This document shows positions 13,801 through 25,517 of a stretch of DNA of 64,000 nucleotides, in pieces (the first letter of the stretch is position 1; every line of letters begins with the position of its first letter). This DNA is from Laetmonice hystrix (taxonomy: Eukaryota). The position numbers were made by a program, and so were the translations under genes. The notes under the pieces were generated by a model. It did no database searches, was not told where the DNA came from, and saw only the letters and a list, made by a program, of their open reading frames with translations. The DNA is taken from assembly GCA_965235115.1 (NCBI GenBank), contig OZ249436.1, positions 40,984,001 to 41,048,000 of the forward strand, read 5' to 3'.

Positions 13801-16800
13801 AGTTCTTTAACTCAAAGTTTACATTGATCAGGAAACGGGAAAATCTACACGTCCTATATCGTCTCAGGGAGTTCTTTAGCTCAAAGTTTACATTGATGGG
13901 GAAACGGGAAGAAGACCGGATTGACCGTATTTCAATGTTAATCTGGTTGGGAGTTTGCACTCTGACGAATTGATTCTCTATATTTCAGGGTGGACATGTT
14001 TATACACGCTATAGACCCCAGGAGTGGGGAAGTACTTGATTCAAAGGTTCTGGTTGAGTAAGTATTATCTTACGTTATAAATACAACTTTTAAAAACTTT
14101 TAAGGAATTTTAATTCTATTCCCTTTTATTTTAGAAATACTCTTTCGTAGAATATAAGAATGTCTAAGAAAAGTACCCGTTTCTAAAGACCATTCTGCTC
14201 TTCTTTCAGTATCGTGGACCAGAACTCCCATTCATTAATATATTTATTTAATAAATATAATGTTATAGAAATTGTGGTAAGTATTGGCGTTATATGTCAC
14301 AAAAGATTATCACAGAACACGTGTCACTATAACTCAGCCAGTAACTGCATTTCTTACAGTCTATGACGTAAAATGCAATTGTATTAACGATGAACGATTT
14401 AAAAAAGTATGTAAAATGTATTTAGGATTCCTAGAAACAGTTTCCTATAGCTATCTGAGTATGTTTATATGTTATCAAACAGTTGTGAGAGTGTAGCGAA
14501 TGCCATACCCGTTTACCGTCACCAGTGTGTATGTGGTGTTTATCATACAGCCAGCCGTCGAGCCCGCAGCCGTCAGTGATCTGGAGCAGGATCTCCAGTT
14601 CTCACTTATATTTGTGGCAGCAGCGCTTGGCATCCTCCTCATCATAGTCATCATCATCTTTATAGCTTGTAGAAAAAAGTGAGTTTTCTTCATGTCATAG
14701 CTGGTTCGTTATGTACTGGTTCAGGGGTTTTCCGGTCAGTTATGCTAACCTAGATATTATTACCTACATTAGCTAAGCTATTAGTTAACACATACTAAGT
14801 ATTAAGTGATTTAATTAATTTGTCCGATGCTGGATTATTATAAATGATTCAAACGTTGTATTTTGCTAGATTTTATTAAATTCTCTGTTTAATGTCTGTA
14901 AAATTTATTACCATTCCATATCGTGTCATTTCGGAAGTGTTAGTTGTACATAATTACCATTCTCTTGCAGATATAAACGGAAATTAAAAGCAGCCACAGC
15001 CATGGCATTTGGTAAGTTCAGATTGCCTAGATCTAGATATTGCAGTGGATACTTAACCAAGCAGGCCTATAACTCTTGATACTGATACAGATTGTCGTGA
15101 ATTGTTGATGTAGGATTTCTGTGGTTATCGACTGAAAATCTACGAATACACTCATGTACTTTTTTTGTATAAAAATGTCCAAAAATTTAGATCCGTTTTG
15201 TATAATTCTACAGTTTTCGTCTGAAGTGCCGTTGATTTTTGTTTTTCAATATTTTCTATTGACATAAATCCATGAAAGGTATCAGTTGTACGTTGATAAA
15301 GAAAAGCATTGACCAAATATAGATATCGGCAGTAGAAATAAACAATACCGGTAGTACGATTTGACCTATACATGACCGTGGAACCTTTTTTCAATCTGGC
15401 ACTATTCATGGATGTTTCAAAGTCTTGGTGATGCATTTCGCCTTGTAGATGACTTCCCAGTCTATCGAGGAAAATATCACGGTAATTTTTGTGTTTGATC
15501 ACTGAGTGAAATAACCAGTAATCTTTGAAACTACTCCTAATATTTATTCATTTATTTACTCCTTTGAATCCCTCTAAAAATGGTTAGGAAATACGCCATA
15601 CCCCCCTTTTCAACATTTGGTATGAAATAACAAAAAATTCCAGTACACGAACTGTATCGCCAACTGGTGCGTCAAAGGGAAAAGGATATCTTTTGGAGAG
15701 TTTCTCCGCAAAAACATTTTGGAATTTTCAGGCTAGCGGAGGTATGATACTATAAAAACGATACATGATTCCCAACATAAGGCGACTTTGCGAAGGTGGC
15801 TCTTTATTATAGAGCCACACCCATGGTGATGTCAAACGATGTATATACCAGCAAACTTTGACAATGTGCTGAAGTCTCCACTGCGGTTAAGCCGGCCGTA
15901 TCTATAAAAAAAAACCCCACAAACCCAGTCCCTGCAGTGGACGAGTTATGTGTGATATTTCAGCATTCAGTGTCTACTTTAAATAGGTTAACAGTAGTTT
16001 GATTTAACACAAACATTCCGTTCTCGTCTCTAGTGACCTGAACTTAATGACTGTACCTGTGTGTGTGTGATTGACATAACGTGTTGGGATGGTTTAATAC
16101 TCACACAGTCCATCTAACCTGTTAAAGCTTTCAGGGCCCCCGTGGGAGGCTATCGGGCATGGAGTAGGTAGCATGCAATCCTAGAAAACGTAGAGTAAAG
16201 CTGAGTGTTGTCTCCGGATAGATCAGTCCCCAGATCCATATTTACAGTTGGGGGATACTGATTCCAGTCTACGTGCTTTAGTCTTCCTTATTTGAATCCC
16301 CTGAAAACAGGTGAATTCTCGATTTTATTATAACCGATGTTATTGCTCTCCAAAGAGGAATGTTTCGTGCTAAAACCTTCATTTAAGGAGATTTTTTTTG
16401 CTTATTTGTAATTAATGGAATTTTCGTCCTTAACACCTTATTTATGGTGTCAGATATGGTTGTTGAAAAAAAAAGTGAATTTAAGTTAATCTGGTGAAGG
16501 GAACGATAAGACACCATGAATAGGGCATCAATCCGTGCTCCAAATGTAGTGTTGTGCCATGAGGTTTAAGCAACGAAAATTCCAAAGTCTCTTAAAGGGA
16601 AATATAGAATATATCCATCATCCTCCCTGAAATAACAACTGACATTTTTATCATTGCTGTTAAGTTCTCTCATCATGGTCTCGTACTTGAGGAAAACAAA
16701 AGTTAACTCCTTTTATTTTTTTCGTTTTGTTTTCTCCCTGTCTCTCTCATATTTGCGGCCACTGCTGAACCAAATATGTATGCCTTCATAAATATTATAT

Positions 16801-19800
16801 CTTGGTTTAATGAGATACTAGTTGTTCTTTGGGAACCTGTGGATGGATATTATATTCTATATAGCTTTATTTACTTGTATCCAACTTTGTAATAGAAAAG
16901 GAAGTTGCAGCAAGGAAAAATTCATTGTGCTAAAAGATATGTTTGAAGTATAGACTTAGACGGTTTCAATGTGTCATGCCTTTAAAGTATACCAGTAATA
17001 CAAGCTGGTGTGAATATGTACATATATCATGCATATAATTGCACTCATGATGCAAATGTTGAATGTTGTTTGTTATCCTCCCATGTTTAGAAAACCACCA
17101 GAATGGAACAATAGGTAACAGTCGCTACCCTCCGAAGTTATTCTCTTTAGTTTGGAAATGGTTTTGTTTACATCTGTACTTTCCTGTACAGCAAGTTTTT
17201 TTCCAACCCGTAACCGGTAGAAGTACTATTTATATATGCCGTGGTGTGTCACAGAGGGAAGTAAATCTCACTCCTCTCACAAAAACAATTCATCGTACTT
17301 TTAGACATAAATAAGACTGGACCCTTTGTCCATGTGAATTTAACTCCCTCTGAGATATCGGATCCAGTCACATAGTGTCGTCATTCTGCATGCTGCCACC
17401 AGGTGGCACTGCTGCAGACACCATGTGAATGTTTCAGGGTCGCATGTTTTATCTTTTTACATGTAGATCTCGGTATATAAATGTATACGATATAATTTAG
17501 TTATAGTATTCACCGTAGTCTGCACCCATGACGAATTGTGTGGGTAAAGTCTCAGTTTGAGTTACGAAAATAGGATGTTTATGCACCAGACATTTTTTGT
17601 TTTGATTTTGTAAAATTTCGGATTTGAGTCAGGAATGCATTGCTTCTGATCATTTACCTGTACTATCATTTAGCACATAAACTGAAACAGGGCAGACATT
17701 TGGGTTTATAGACTGGTGTACTGTACTAATGTTGTAGAGGTTTCTATTATTGAGGAGAAAAGTCTCCGAGTTAAAGACGTATCCTAACACCTGGTGATTG
17801 GCCTAGGAACTAACCCATTTGGAAGTCAACTAGATTTGTTTGCCATCGGTTTATTCTCACAAGTATATATACTGCACCTTTTCACAAATTTAGATTGAGA
17901 GTGTTGTTTAAAGAGAAACTGGATTTCCTTTTTTTTCTTCTTTTTTCCCCCAATTTAACTACCGTAATACCAGTGATCTTGTATAGTACATATAAAAGAG
18001 GAATTAATGCTTCGCATTACTAATGAACACAGTTATGCTACAGCATAAAGTATTCACAATAGAAATAATCTTTTCAAAAAACTGCGGTTATAGTTAGAAG
18101 AACATCAAATAAAACGGTTAGCTTTCCTTCAGAACGTGGTGAGATTCCCGCTTAGTATAGAACAAGAGTGTACCACGATTAAAAGTGAAACATTGTAAGA
18201 TAAGCAGCTGGTGTAATTATAACAAACTCTGTATTCTATCAGGGTCCAGAGACTCCGGTTTAAATCATCTAGAGATGCCTGGGACTAATCTACACACATA
18301 TGAGGGGTAAGTACATCTTGATTTAGGCCTGGTTATATATACGAGGCGTGACCACTAGAGTAACAGCTTTACGTGTGTTTCAGCACGAACTCGCATGTAA
18401 CTGGCCTGTGTATAACGTTTACTTTACATCTGAAACATGGCACCTCAGTAGTGGAAATTTTTCACCATTTTTTTAAATACAATTTATATACATACAATTT
18501 TGTGCATGTAAAATTCTGCATTATATTGGAATTAAAAGTTGGGACATAACAATGCATGTACCATTGCTGGATATCTTGTCTTGTGGCCTAAGCATTATGA
18601 GTGGCTATCTCACAGATAGAAAACTCTACAGCACTGAATATGATAATATAATAAATATATTTATATAATTGATGTTTTGCCTGTCTGTTTGTCATCACAT
18701 CATAACCTCACCGGTGTTTGCATAATCAAATAACAATCTCACTGTAGACGACGTAGCCTATATTAGCTAACTTCAATCTTAGTGCCGTACTAAATGATCC
18801 CACTTTATACGATACAAATGAGTCTGAATCTTCCGCAGAGTATGTTCTTGGATATCAGGAGGGCAAAATGTGGAGGACTTCCTATCACGTTATTCACAAG
18901 CGTTAATCATGTTAAATGTAGCAAATGGTTTCCAAACTGGACTACTCAAGAATAAATAGTATTCTTTGATCCGCTCAATTAGTTATTACAAAGATATAAT
19001 ATTCAGTGGATGACAGTCAACTGTGTCAGTCACTGGCATTTTGATGAAGACGGCCAACCCAGAAACATTAGGTTACTTGTACTTTGACTACCGTACCCGC
19101 AGCCATTAACTCCCCATGATCATAGCAGGCCCTGTATAATACATACAGAAAATAATACGATCCTAGCTCCTGCGAACACATTGTAGTTTGAGCCATACCT
19201 TACATGTTATTACAGGCTCTCAGACTTGCACAGTGACACAAAGCATCTGTTTATGAACAGGGGCTCAGCGATGTCAGTCATGTATGTCAATCAATTTTAA
19301 ACCCCGCCCCCTTACCCCGCCCCCTTCCCGCTCAATGTGTTAGCTTGGAACTGGTGGTACAGTTTGATGATCATCACTTACATAATCCCGGGTGAGGAGA
19401 GTTAACCACAGGTTGCTATGACAACCAGCATGGCCGTGGGAAAGGGTTCGTCAAGTTACCGGTATGGACAGAAAAACTTGCGCTTTTATGGTGATAAACT
19501 AACATCAGAGACAAAAGATTCAATCAATAGTTAAGCTAGGTCTATTCTTTTCAAAAGAGGCATAGATTTCCGATCATGTGGTAGCCTAACTACCTAAAAA
19601 GGCAATAAGATTTAATGGTCTTGGTTTAAAAATAATATTACGAAATGGGGGGGGGGCATGTGAAGTGAATAGGCCGATTTCCAATTCATTAGGAACACTA
19701 AATATCGGGATTAGAAGTGAGATTGGCGGTTTCTTTCTCATGGAAGGAGTTGTATAACGTGTCGTCTTGGATGATGTTGTTTTAGGGTGAGTTGAATCGT

Positions 19801-22800
19801 GTGGCACCATTGTGTAATAGATATCGTTTGTTATCCTGGCGGACACTCGTGTACCAGTCGGTCCTTGTTGTTTGGTGGTTTGTAAGAGACGCTTCGTCAT
19901 GTTAGCAACCTGTGGACCACTTAGACCAGCCGATCAGAAGCGTTAAGCAGGACTGTGGTGATGTGTCTGTTGTCGCTCAGTGTTGTCCCTATAGTGCTTG
20001 GTGCATTGGAATGGTGGTAAGGACAATCACTCCGTATATAATAAAAAGAAAATCCATATGGCTAAAATAAAACTCGCCTCCATTTCTCATAACAGGTACT
20101 CGGTTCTTCAAGCCTCTTGAGTCTTGTCGGCAGTTAGATCTAAGCTTATCGGGGGCGTAATATCTCAGAATTAAATAAAATGCTTGTCTGATAATCTAGA
20201 TATTCTGCTCTTCATGAATTTGCAATGGTCATGACTCCGCAAAAGGTGGAACTGCGTTAGGCCTAGTTGCTCACCGAAGTGATCTGCCACAATGCATATC
20301 TTTAACATCGTATCTAGGCTAATAACAGATAAGGACCTTATAAAGTTTGAAGGCAATCTGACATTTTTGCCGGCCTATCATCTTGTGTGACTCGTACTTG
20401 TATTGTAGCGCCCAGGTGAAGGTGGTCACCCACCAGTCACACCCTCAGATTGTGACCGTGGCGCCCGGTGAAACCTCCTCCAAACTCGGCCACCAACCGT
20501 CTGGTTTACTCCGGGTGGGCCCTGAGGGCGGCCATATTGTCGTCATGCCAACCGATGACGTCAGTGGTAGTCACTGTTTGGGGCCGTCGCGGCAGGCCAA
20601 TGTGCCGACGGCCCCGCAGACACCGAGCCTGCCAGGTCAATTAATTTATGATTGTTGATTGTGGGGACGTCGTAGTGGTCAGCCGTGTGTACAGTGCGGT
20701 TCAGTTCGCCGTCGTGGAGGTGAACGTCATTTTGGTGATTGACAGCTTTCTTTCAAGTACTGTAAGTTTCGTAAACGATGTCTTTGTCTTGCACCGTCTC
20801 TGTGCGTTTTCGCACCAAGTTGTCCTTGTTACTCAGTCAATCTCAAATCGGTGGAATCATGTCGTAGTCGTTGTTTATATGTGTCTGTGTCATATGGATA
20901 TAAATAAATTAAAGATTAAATTGATTTGGTCTAAGATGAGGACCTTCTTCCCAACGTTCATTCGCCCATATTCATGTGTCATTTGAAAAAGGGAAATATT
21001 CCAACGGTAGGCTGCTGTCAGAAATTATTTCCCGCCATTTTTGACCCATTATTGTAGACGGAATGCAGGAAGGGAATCAGATCATCTCGTAACACTCTGA
21101 CCTCCCGCTGTGGTTGTCTGTCCCGTATCCAACGTTTTCTGTTTGTCCTACTGCCCAGAGGGTGGTAATTGTAGGAAGGGCAGAGGTAGAAACATGCAAG
21201 TCCAAACTAATTTTCGCTATCTCAGTGCAGCCTCAGTGATGTCCTGTTTGTATTAACAGAGTTATTTTATTTGTTGTACTTGTCATTGACCTCTCTCTGA
21301 CTATAGACCTGCTTTCTTGATTGGCTACTGCTTATTACAGATATTAAATGAGAGTAGTGTTGACAGCGTTTGAAGATTTAAAAACTTCAGTTCGACCCTG
21401 GCATGATATTGTACGCAAAAGCTTGCATGTATTCTCCGCTGACAATAATGATGCAGTATTGCATGAGTTTAGACTACCGGTCATCGTCAGAGCGTTTTCT
21501 AGTATGAAACATGAAAAAAGTCTTCGGTAATCCGAAAAGAAATGTTTTGGACTTGTATTTTACACGTGCTTTTCAAGATATTATAAATCTTATTTCCTGC
21601 GTCGGTCTTTAGAAGTAGAGATTACAATATCGGTCATATTTCAGAGTGTAACATCAGTATAAATAGCTGGATGAGAAGGAATTTGAAGTCACACTATGTT
21701 CCGTTTTCATTATGTTCTTTCTGATTGATTTGTTGAAATATTGTTTAGTTCTGTCTTGAGTACTGTTCAGCCCGGTCAGCTGCAAGCTGCAAGCTGCCGT
21801 AAGCCGTCTTGTACTTTTTGATAACAAGTTAATCAACTGACGTGTTTCCTGTCTGATATATATTTATTAGCTCTCATAGGTAAATGAAAAATTCTTATTG
21901 TTACATTTTAAATATGATATTAATTTGACCTACTTAGTCCACATTTCTGTTACAGGGTTGTGTTTCTTATGTAGGGCACTTTGAAAACTTATATAACTTA
22001 CAAATACATTTCACTGGAAATGTATGAAGATTTTTATAAATCTAAGACTTTTAGATTTGTATTTAAGCTGTCCGGGTTTAGATGAGACAGAAAGGAAAGG
22101 GATTGATGTAGTGATGTTCACTCTGTGTTATGTGAATCATATTGATAGCGTTTCCTTCGCTCGTTCTGTCCATGTAGGAAAGCCTATTGTGAGGGACAAA
22201 CACGATTTTAGGGTAACGTTTTACTTTCAACCCTTTGTCGAATGTTATCTTGTGTCCGGAATGCCTGTTTAACTACATCCTCTTCTTGGTCTCTATCTGA
22301 GTTCTGTACGTTGATTGGCCAGAAGTCTAACGTTGTCTGGCTGCTGGTGACTGCGTTGCCTGGAAGCAACCATCTTTCCCTGGCAACACTTTAGTTTGTT
22401 CTAGTTTTCTGTTTTTATTAGTCTTAGAACTAGGCTACAGATGATCAGCAGCTTGCTGAAGGTGTTTGTTTTGTGATATCCTTTCAAGTATAAAAAAGAA
22501 AGTTTGAATGGTGTATTGTGAAATTCTTAGAGTTTTGGAAGTTTTCTCCCGATTGCCAGGGACGAGACGTATAGAGATAAAACCTGCAAAATTTGTTTCA
22601 GAAGTTTGACAAGAATATTTTTCATTCGTTTTGGCGAGTGAGGCGAGTCCCAGGTTTGACAGTGCCTGAAAGAAATGGAGATCGAGAAAAAGCTTTAAGT
22701 CATAATCCAATTGGCATCCTTTTAAATATTCTTTAGGTCGGCGCACAGATTGTCCTTACAACAGGAGCTTATCCTACTCAAGAAACAATTTCTATTTATT

Positions 22801-25517
22801 TTGTTATAATCGTCACTCAACAAACACCTTGAGGGCCCGACGACCAGTCCAGGAGGCGGCACTTGGATCATGTAGGGGCGCACTACGTGGGGTGCGATGG
22901 GGGTGGGGTGGGGGTTGGCTGGGCCAGTCAGTAAACCAGTGACACGTTCTCTGCTGTGTCTCATTCCTGAATCTCATTTCTCTCGTCATCCCGAAGGACA
23001 AAGTGTCTGGTTGTTGCGAGAAATGATATTCTCATGTCAGTGTCAAGGTTCCAATCCTACTGTTATATAGTTGACAGACTAGCCATCCTCGGACATAGTA
23101 CACGAGGAGGTGTTTAGACGTCACTAATCACACGAGTGTAGGCAGTAGGAGCAACCTTAGATTAGAGGTGAACTCTTGAGCCGTTCAGCCTGCTATTGGC
23201 TTTTACAATATCAGGCTCTGCTTGGCCAAGTGCATGTCAGTGCAGACACACTAGTGTAAGTAATTATATCTATATAGTACCACTAGCACCGACATTATCT
23301 AGCCTCTAATTTTGGACCCATTCATATCTAACACACAGCACCTAACCTTACCAAACATTGTCCATACTCACAGCACTGGAATGGTATAACTACCCTTGGC
23401 GCTGGTATTATAACGAAGGAGAATGTTTGTTAACAAAATCTGTTACCTAACCTATGCCCGGTGAAAGCTCCGAGTTGGTAGCGCATGTCTATCATATTGT
23501 TACGCGTGGCTCGCTAAGGGCTTGTATTGAAATGCTGAACTATACAAATATCTAATAATCACAGCCATCTGTTTTACTCACCAACATTCTTCTTTAAATC
23601 TCTCCCAACTCTTTTCATTTCTCAAGAACGGTAACATCAGCTCTAACAGGAAGAATTCTACTGTAGATTTTGTTATTAACTTCATGACTTCAGAAGTGAT
23701 TGTTAAAGAAATGTGTACAGGAATGTTTTTCACTCAATGGCTAGGCGAGTGATGGTCACATGACAGTTTATGTTATTCTCATTTTGTAACGTTATCTGGA
23801 TTGACTTTACAGTTCAAACCCGATTTGGCTGGAGCAATGTGAAAACGGGTGGCCTAAAGAACCTGATACAGAAAGGTAAGCTTTGCCAGGACATTGACGT
23901 GGTGACGAGCCTAGAATCGTATCCTCCGAGTGTGCATGTCAATGTCTTGATTGGATCATCAGAATAAAGTCAAACTTTGATGACGTATTGAGGTGACGTA
24001 ATGGTGGATTCAATAGTTCAAAACGTCATAGCCTTGTATGTGTCTCGTCCTATGTGTGTACGTGAGCTGGACCTCCGAGTCCAGAGTAACGGACGAGTGT
24101 TCAGTTTAACGAACAACGTGTTTACTTTCTGTATAACAAATAGAGTTTCTGTATAGAGTAGGACGGCTTTGTGTAGGCCCACGTTCTGGTTACGTGGTAG
24201 GCTAGTCGGTCATTTATCAGGGTAACCATGAATGAAGGTAGCAGTTAGTTTATTATGTGTGTTCTCAAAGTGTGTCATACCAATCCATTGTAGAGCACAC
24301 AGTGTTCGGGTCTGAGGTAAGATGCATGTGTGGCAGACACCGAATTTATCCAGCTTCTCAACGTCATTGTCATTCGTCACAGATTTAGAAATACCAGGTG
24401 TTAGATTTTGGTTTTATCCACCGTTCTGAAGATGTATTTTCAACATCTTCGCGTAGAAAATAATTTCATGAGTTGAATTTTACAAGTTAGTTGTCAGTTG
24501 TAGATATTTTTACATTACAAATTCATCATACGAACAATTTACATTTTTCATGGTGATCACAGTGTAATACATACAATTTTACATTCGCGGTTTAAACCTG
24601 TTTTATTCAACATTCTGTACAATCACACTCTTCATACCTACTTTGAATCTCCTTATATCTTTTTACTTTTCTCACCTCACATATTTCATAGCAGTCTCAC
24701 ATTTTAATACAGACATACCCGTATTGAAATAAGTGGAAGAAATCCGTGTACCGGAGTATATATATCCCGAGTGTCAAAGGTCATTTTGAGGTTATTCCCA
24801 AGAAATTCATTTGAAAGACTACATACATATCATCATACAAACGAGCTCTACCCATACGTTATCTTCATAATTAGCTGCAGTTTGTCATTCCCCTTGTGCA
24901 GAAGGTTTTTTTAATCGATTGAGACAATACTAAATTTATTACTTTCGATTCAGAAAGTGTAATTAAAGGGCGATTTATAACCAGTACAAAACCTAAACAA
25001 ACACATTCGGCGAGACCACAACATTTCTGATTTTGAACGGGGGATTTTGGACATTTTTCGACTAAGTTCAACTAACCCTGAGACTTTACTCTCATCTATT
25101 CAATCTCCATTATCGAGATTCTTTTCATCTTTCAGCAAAGAATCTCGAAACTCGATAGACGAGAACGCGCTCGAGGCACGCCACCCCCAGGGCAACCACT
25201 ACGACGAACAGGAGATGTCCCTCGAGATGTACAATGACGAGTACGACGACTTTAACAAAATGCCGGGTACCAAGTTCCTGGACGCCGACCTGTACCTACA
25301 GGCTGCGCTCAACGAACACAACGCCACCAAAACCCCGGCAAACGACCTCAACCAGGCGAACGGTAAGAAACCGGGCTCTGAGAAACCTGTACAGGCTAAC
25401 GGTCAGCCACCCAACCTCAACCCACCCCACACAGACTTTGTCTACGACAACCTGACGTTTAACCCTGACGGGTTCAATACGCGGGAGGTGGACGGCCTGC
25501 AGACGACGGACATATAG
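1..25517 (+). CDS. CDH23: Cadherin-23/Cad88C-like non-classical cadherin, 5'-truncated by the window. Exons: <1-26, 2565-2726, 2984-3148, 3489-3556, 4514-4772, 5243-5549, 5878-6471, 6761-7299, 7582-8106, 8600-8797, 9337-9568, 11555-11868, 12126-12377, 12818-12906, 13106-13192, 13989-14057, 14210-14276, 14551-14678, 14971-15011, 18243-18306, 23813-23875, 25136-25517
   Basis: All junctions are GT-AG and phase-consistent. Repeated cadherin motifs (LDRE/LDYE, DxNDNxP, AxDxD). Clade-typical segments ASDDC, FTAGVT, IYLLNEEQR, ISNITGTIINVD, TM, RKLKAATAMAFG, PGTNLHTYEGSNPIW and C-terminal TTDI. Orthology is recognised from memory of CDH23/Cad88C, not from a search. Confidence 0.85.
1993..2620 (+). 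repeat. Six ~100-106-bp tandem units, each an intron 3' end plus the first 56 nt of the exon
   Basis: AG|GG junctions with exon-like sequence starting at 2045, 2151, 2251, 2355, 2459 and 2565. Confidence 0.95.
2565..2726 (+). CDS. Cadherin exon GENGRFEL...LDYEITKTFTFQ
   Basis: ttttag| and |gtatgt, 162 nt, LDYE motif. Confidence 0.9.
2984..3148 (+). CDS. Cadherin exon IVARETD...DMNDNWP...TKVT
   Basis: ggcag| and |gtacgt, 165 nt. Confidence 0.9.
3489..3556 (+). CDS. Cadherin exon AHDEDSGPFGEVTYSL
   Basis: cacag| and |gtaagt, phase 0 to 2. Confidence 0.9.
3927..4549 (+). repeat. Eleven 55/61-bp tandem units, each an acceptor plus exon start
   Basis: ttgtgttccgttcccacag|TTTCCGTATTAACTCCACCACGGGTGAGATCTCAG repeated. 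Confidence 0.95.
4514..4772 (+). CDS. Cadherin exon FRINSTTGEI...LDRE...DVNDNPP
   Basis: cacag| and |gtaacg, phase 2 to 0. Confidence 0.9.
4788..4918. repeat. (CT)n/(CTGT)n microsatellite
   Basis: Direct reading. Confidence 0.95.
5243..5549 (+). CDS. Cadherin exon ATDLDLPPNN...ENSPA
   Basis: tacag| and |gtaagt. Confidence 0.9.
5878..6471 (+). CDS. Cadherin exon covering two repeats (SAKDDDG...LDRERV)
   Basis: atcag| and |gttgga; matches ORF 5886-6509. Confidence 0.9.
6761..7299 (+). CDS. Cadherin exon (DVNDNAP...DVNDNSP...)
   Basis: ctccag| and |gtgagt; matches ORF 6724-7380. Confidence 0.9.
7582..8106 (+). CDS. Cadherin exon (FDRE...DVNDHKP)
   Basis: gtcag| and |gtgagc, 525 nt. Confidence 0.9.
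8240..8592. repeat. ~33-35-bp minisatellite ending at the acceptor of exon 8600
   Basis: aactgctgtgtgyrgacygttctgacaatgttct, about 10 copies. Confidence 0.9.
8600..8797 (+). CDS. Cadherin exon (ASDKDEGVNG...IDRE)
   Basis: ttcag| and |gtatgt, 198 nt. Confidence 0.9.
9337..9568 (+). CDS. Cadherin exon (LEVRAYDLG...DVDDNPP...ICYYII)
   Basis: tgtag| and |gtaagt, phase 0 to 1; this frame is absent from the ORF track. Confidence 0.9.
9596..9712. repeat. Imperfect palindrome, possible small MITE
   Basis: cttaagctttgcgcttctgattgg versus ccagtcagaagcggaaatcttaag. Confidence 0.6.
10090..10116 (+). CDS. Candidate 27-nt cassette microexon (ACIMPSNQH)
   Basis: ttttcactgcag| and CG|gtaagt; phase 1-1, matching host intron 9569-11554; open frame. 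Confidence 0.6.
11555..11868 (+). CDS. Cadherin exon (LDRE...ASDDC...DVNDNPP...FTAGVT)
   Basis: tgtag| and |gtgagt. Confidence 0.9.
12126..12377 (+). CDS. Last cadherin repeat exon
   Basis: ttcag| and |gtaagt, 252 nt, YFEFEVVVND. Confidence 0.88.
12463..12604. repeat. Short foldback element with ~29-bp inverted arms
   Basis: tgtcttactaaggtctggttattaacgat versus atcgttcataaccagaccttagtaagaca. Confidence 0.75.
12818..14276 (+). CDS. Four small exons (12818-12906, 13106-13192, 13989-14057, 14210-14276) encoding the membrane-adjacent (MAD/SEA-like) domain
   Basis: Phase-consistent GT-AG exons reading IYLLNEEQRAKVIL / FISNITGTIINVDKI / VDMFIHAID / IVDQNS. Confidence 0.85.
13198..13910. repeat. 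69-bp minisatellite (about 10 copies) starting right after the donor at 13192
   Basis: tctacacgtcctatatcgtctcagggagttcttt...gggaaaa units. Confidence 0.95.
14551..14678 (+). CDS. Cadherin transmembrane exon
   Basis: FSLIFVAAALGILLIIVIIIFIACRK; tacag| and |gtgagt. Confidence 0.9.
14971..15011 (+). CDS. Juxtamembrane exon YKRKLKAATAMAF
   Basis: tgcag| and |gtaagt, 41 nt. Confidence 0.88.
17091..17114 (+). CDS. Candidate 24-nt cassette microexon (ENHQNGTI)
   Basis: Pyrimidine-rich acceptor ending tttag| and AG|gtaaca; phase 1-1, matching host intron 15012-18242. Confidence 0.5.
   Translation, partial: KTTRMEQ
18243..18306 (+). CDS. Cytoplasmic exon GSRDSGLNHLEMPGTNLHTYEG
   Basis: atcag| and |gtaagt, phase 1 to 2. 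Confidence 0.85.
20409..20658 (+). CDS. Candidate alternative terminal exon of the cadherin (AQVKVVTHQ...GQLIYDC*)
   Basis: ttgtag| in phase 2, matching the donor at 18306; 82 open GC-rich codons; AATAAA at 20903. Confidence 0.55.
23813..23875 (+). CDS. Cytoplasmic exon SNPIWLEQCENGWPKEPDTE
   Basis: tacag| and |gtaagc; completes the EGSNPIW motif. Confidence 0.85.
25136..25517 (+). CDS. Terminal cadherin exon ending TTDI*
   Basis: ttcag| in phase 2; SIDENA, DLYLQAALNEH and a class I PDZ-type C-terminus. Confidence 0.88.

Noticed and set aside
13187..13973. ORFs with 23-aa repeats (RENLHVLYRLREFF...)
   Set aside because: Translation of a 69-bp intronic minisatellite, open on both strands.
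18839..20120. Other acceptor-like sites in the cadherin tail intron (near 18839, 19216, 20096)
   Set aside because: They open only short frames with no supporting composition or donor, consistent with chance.
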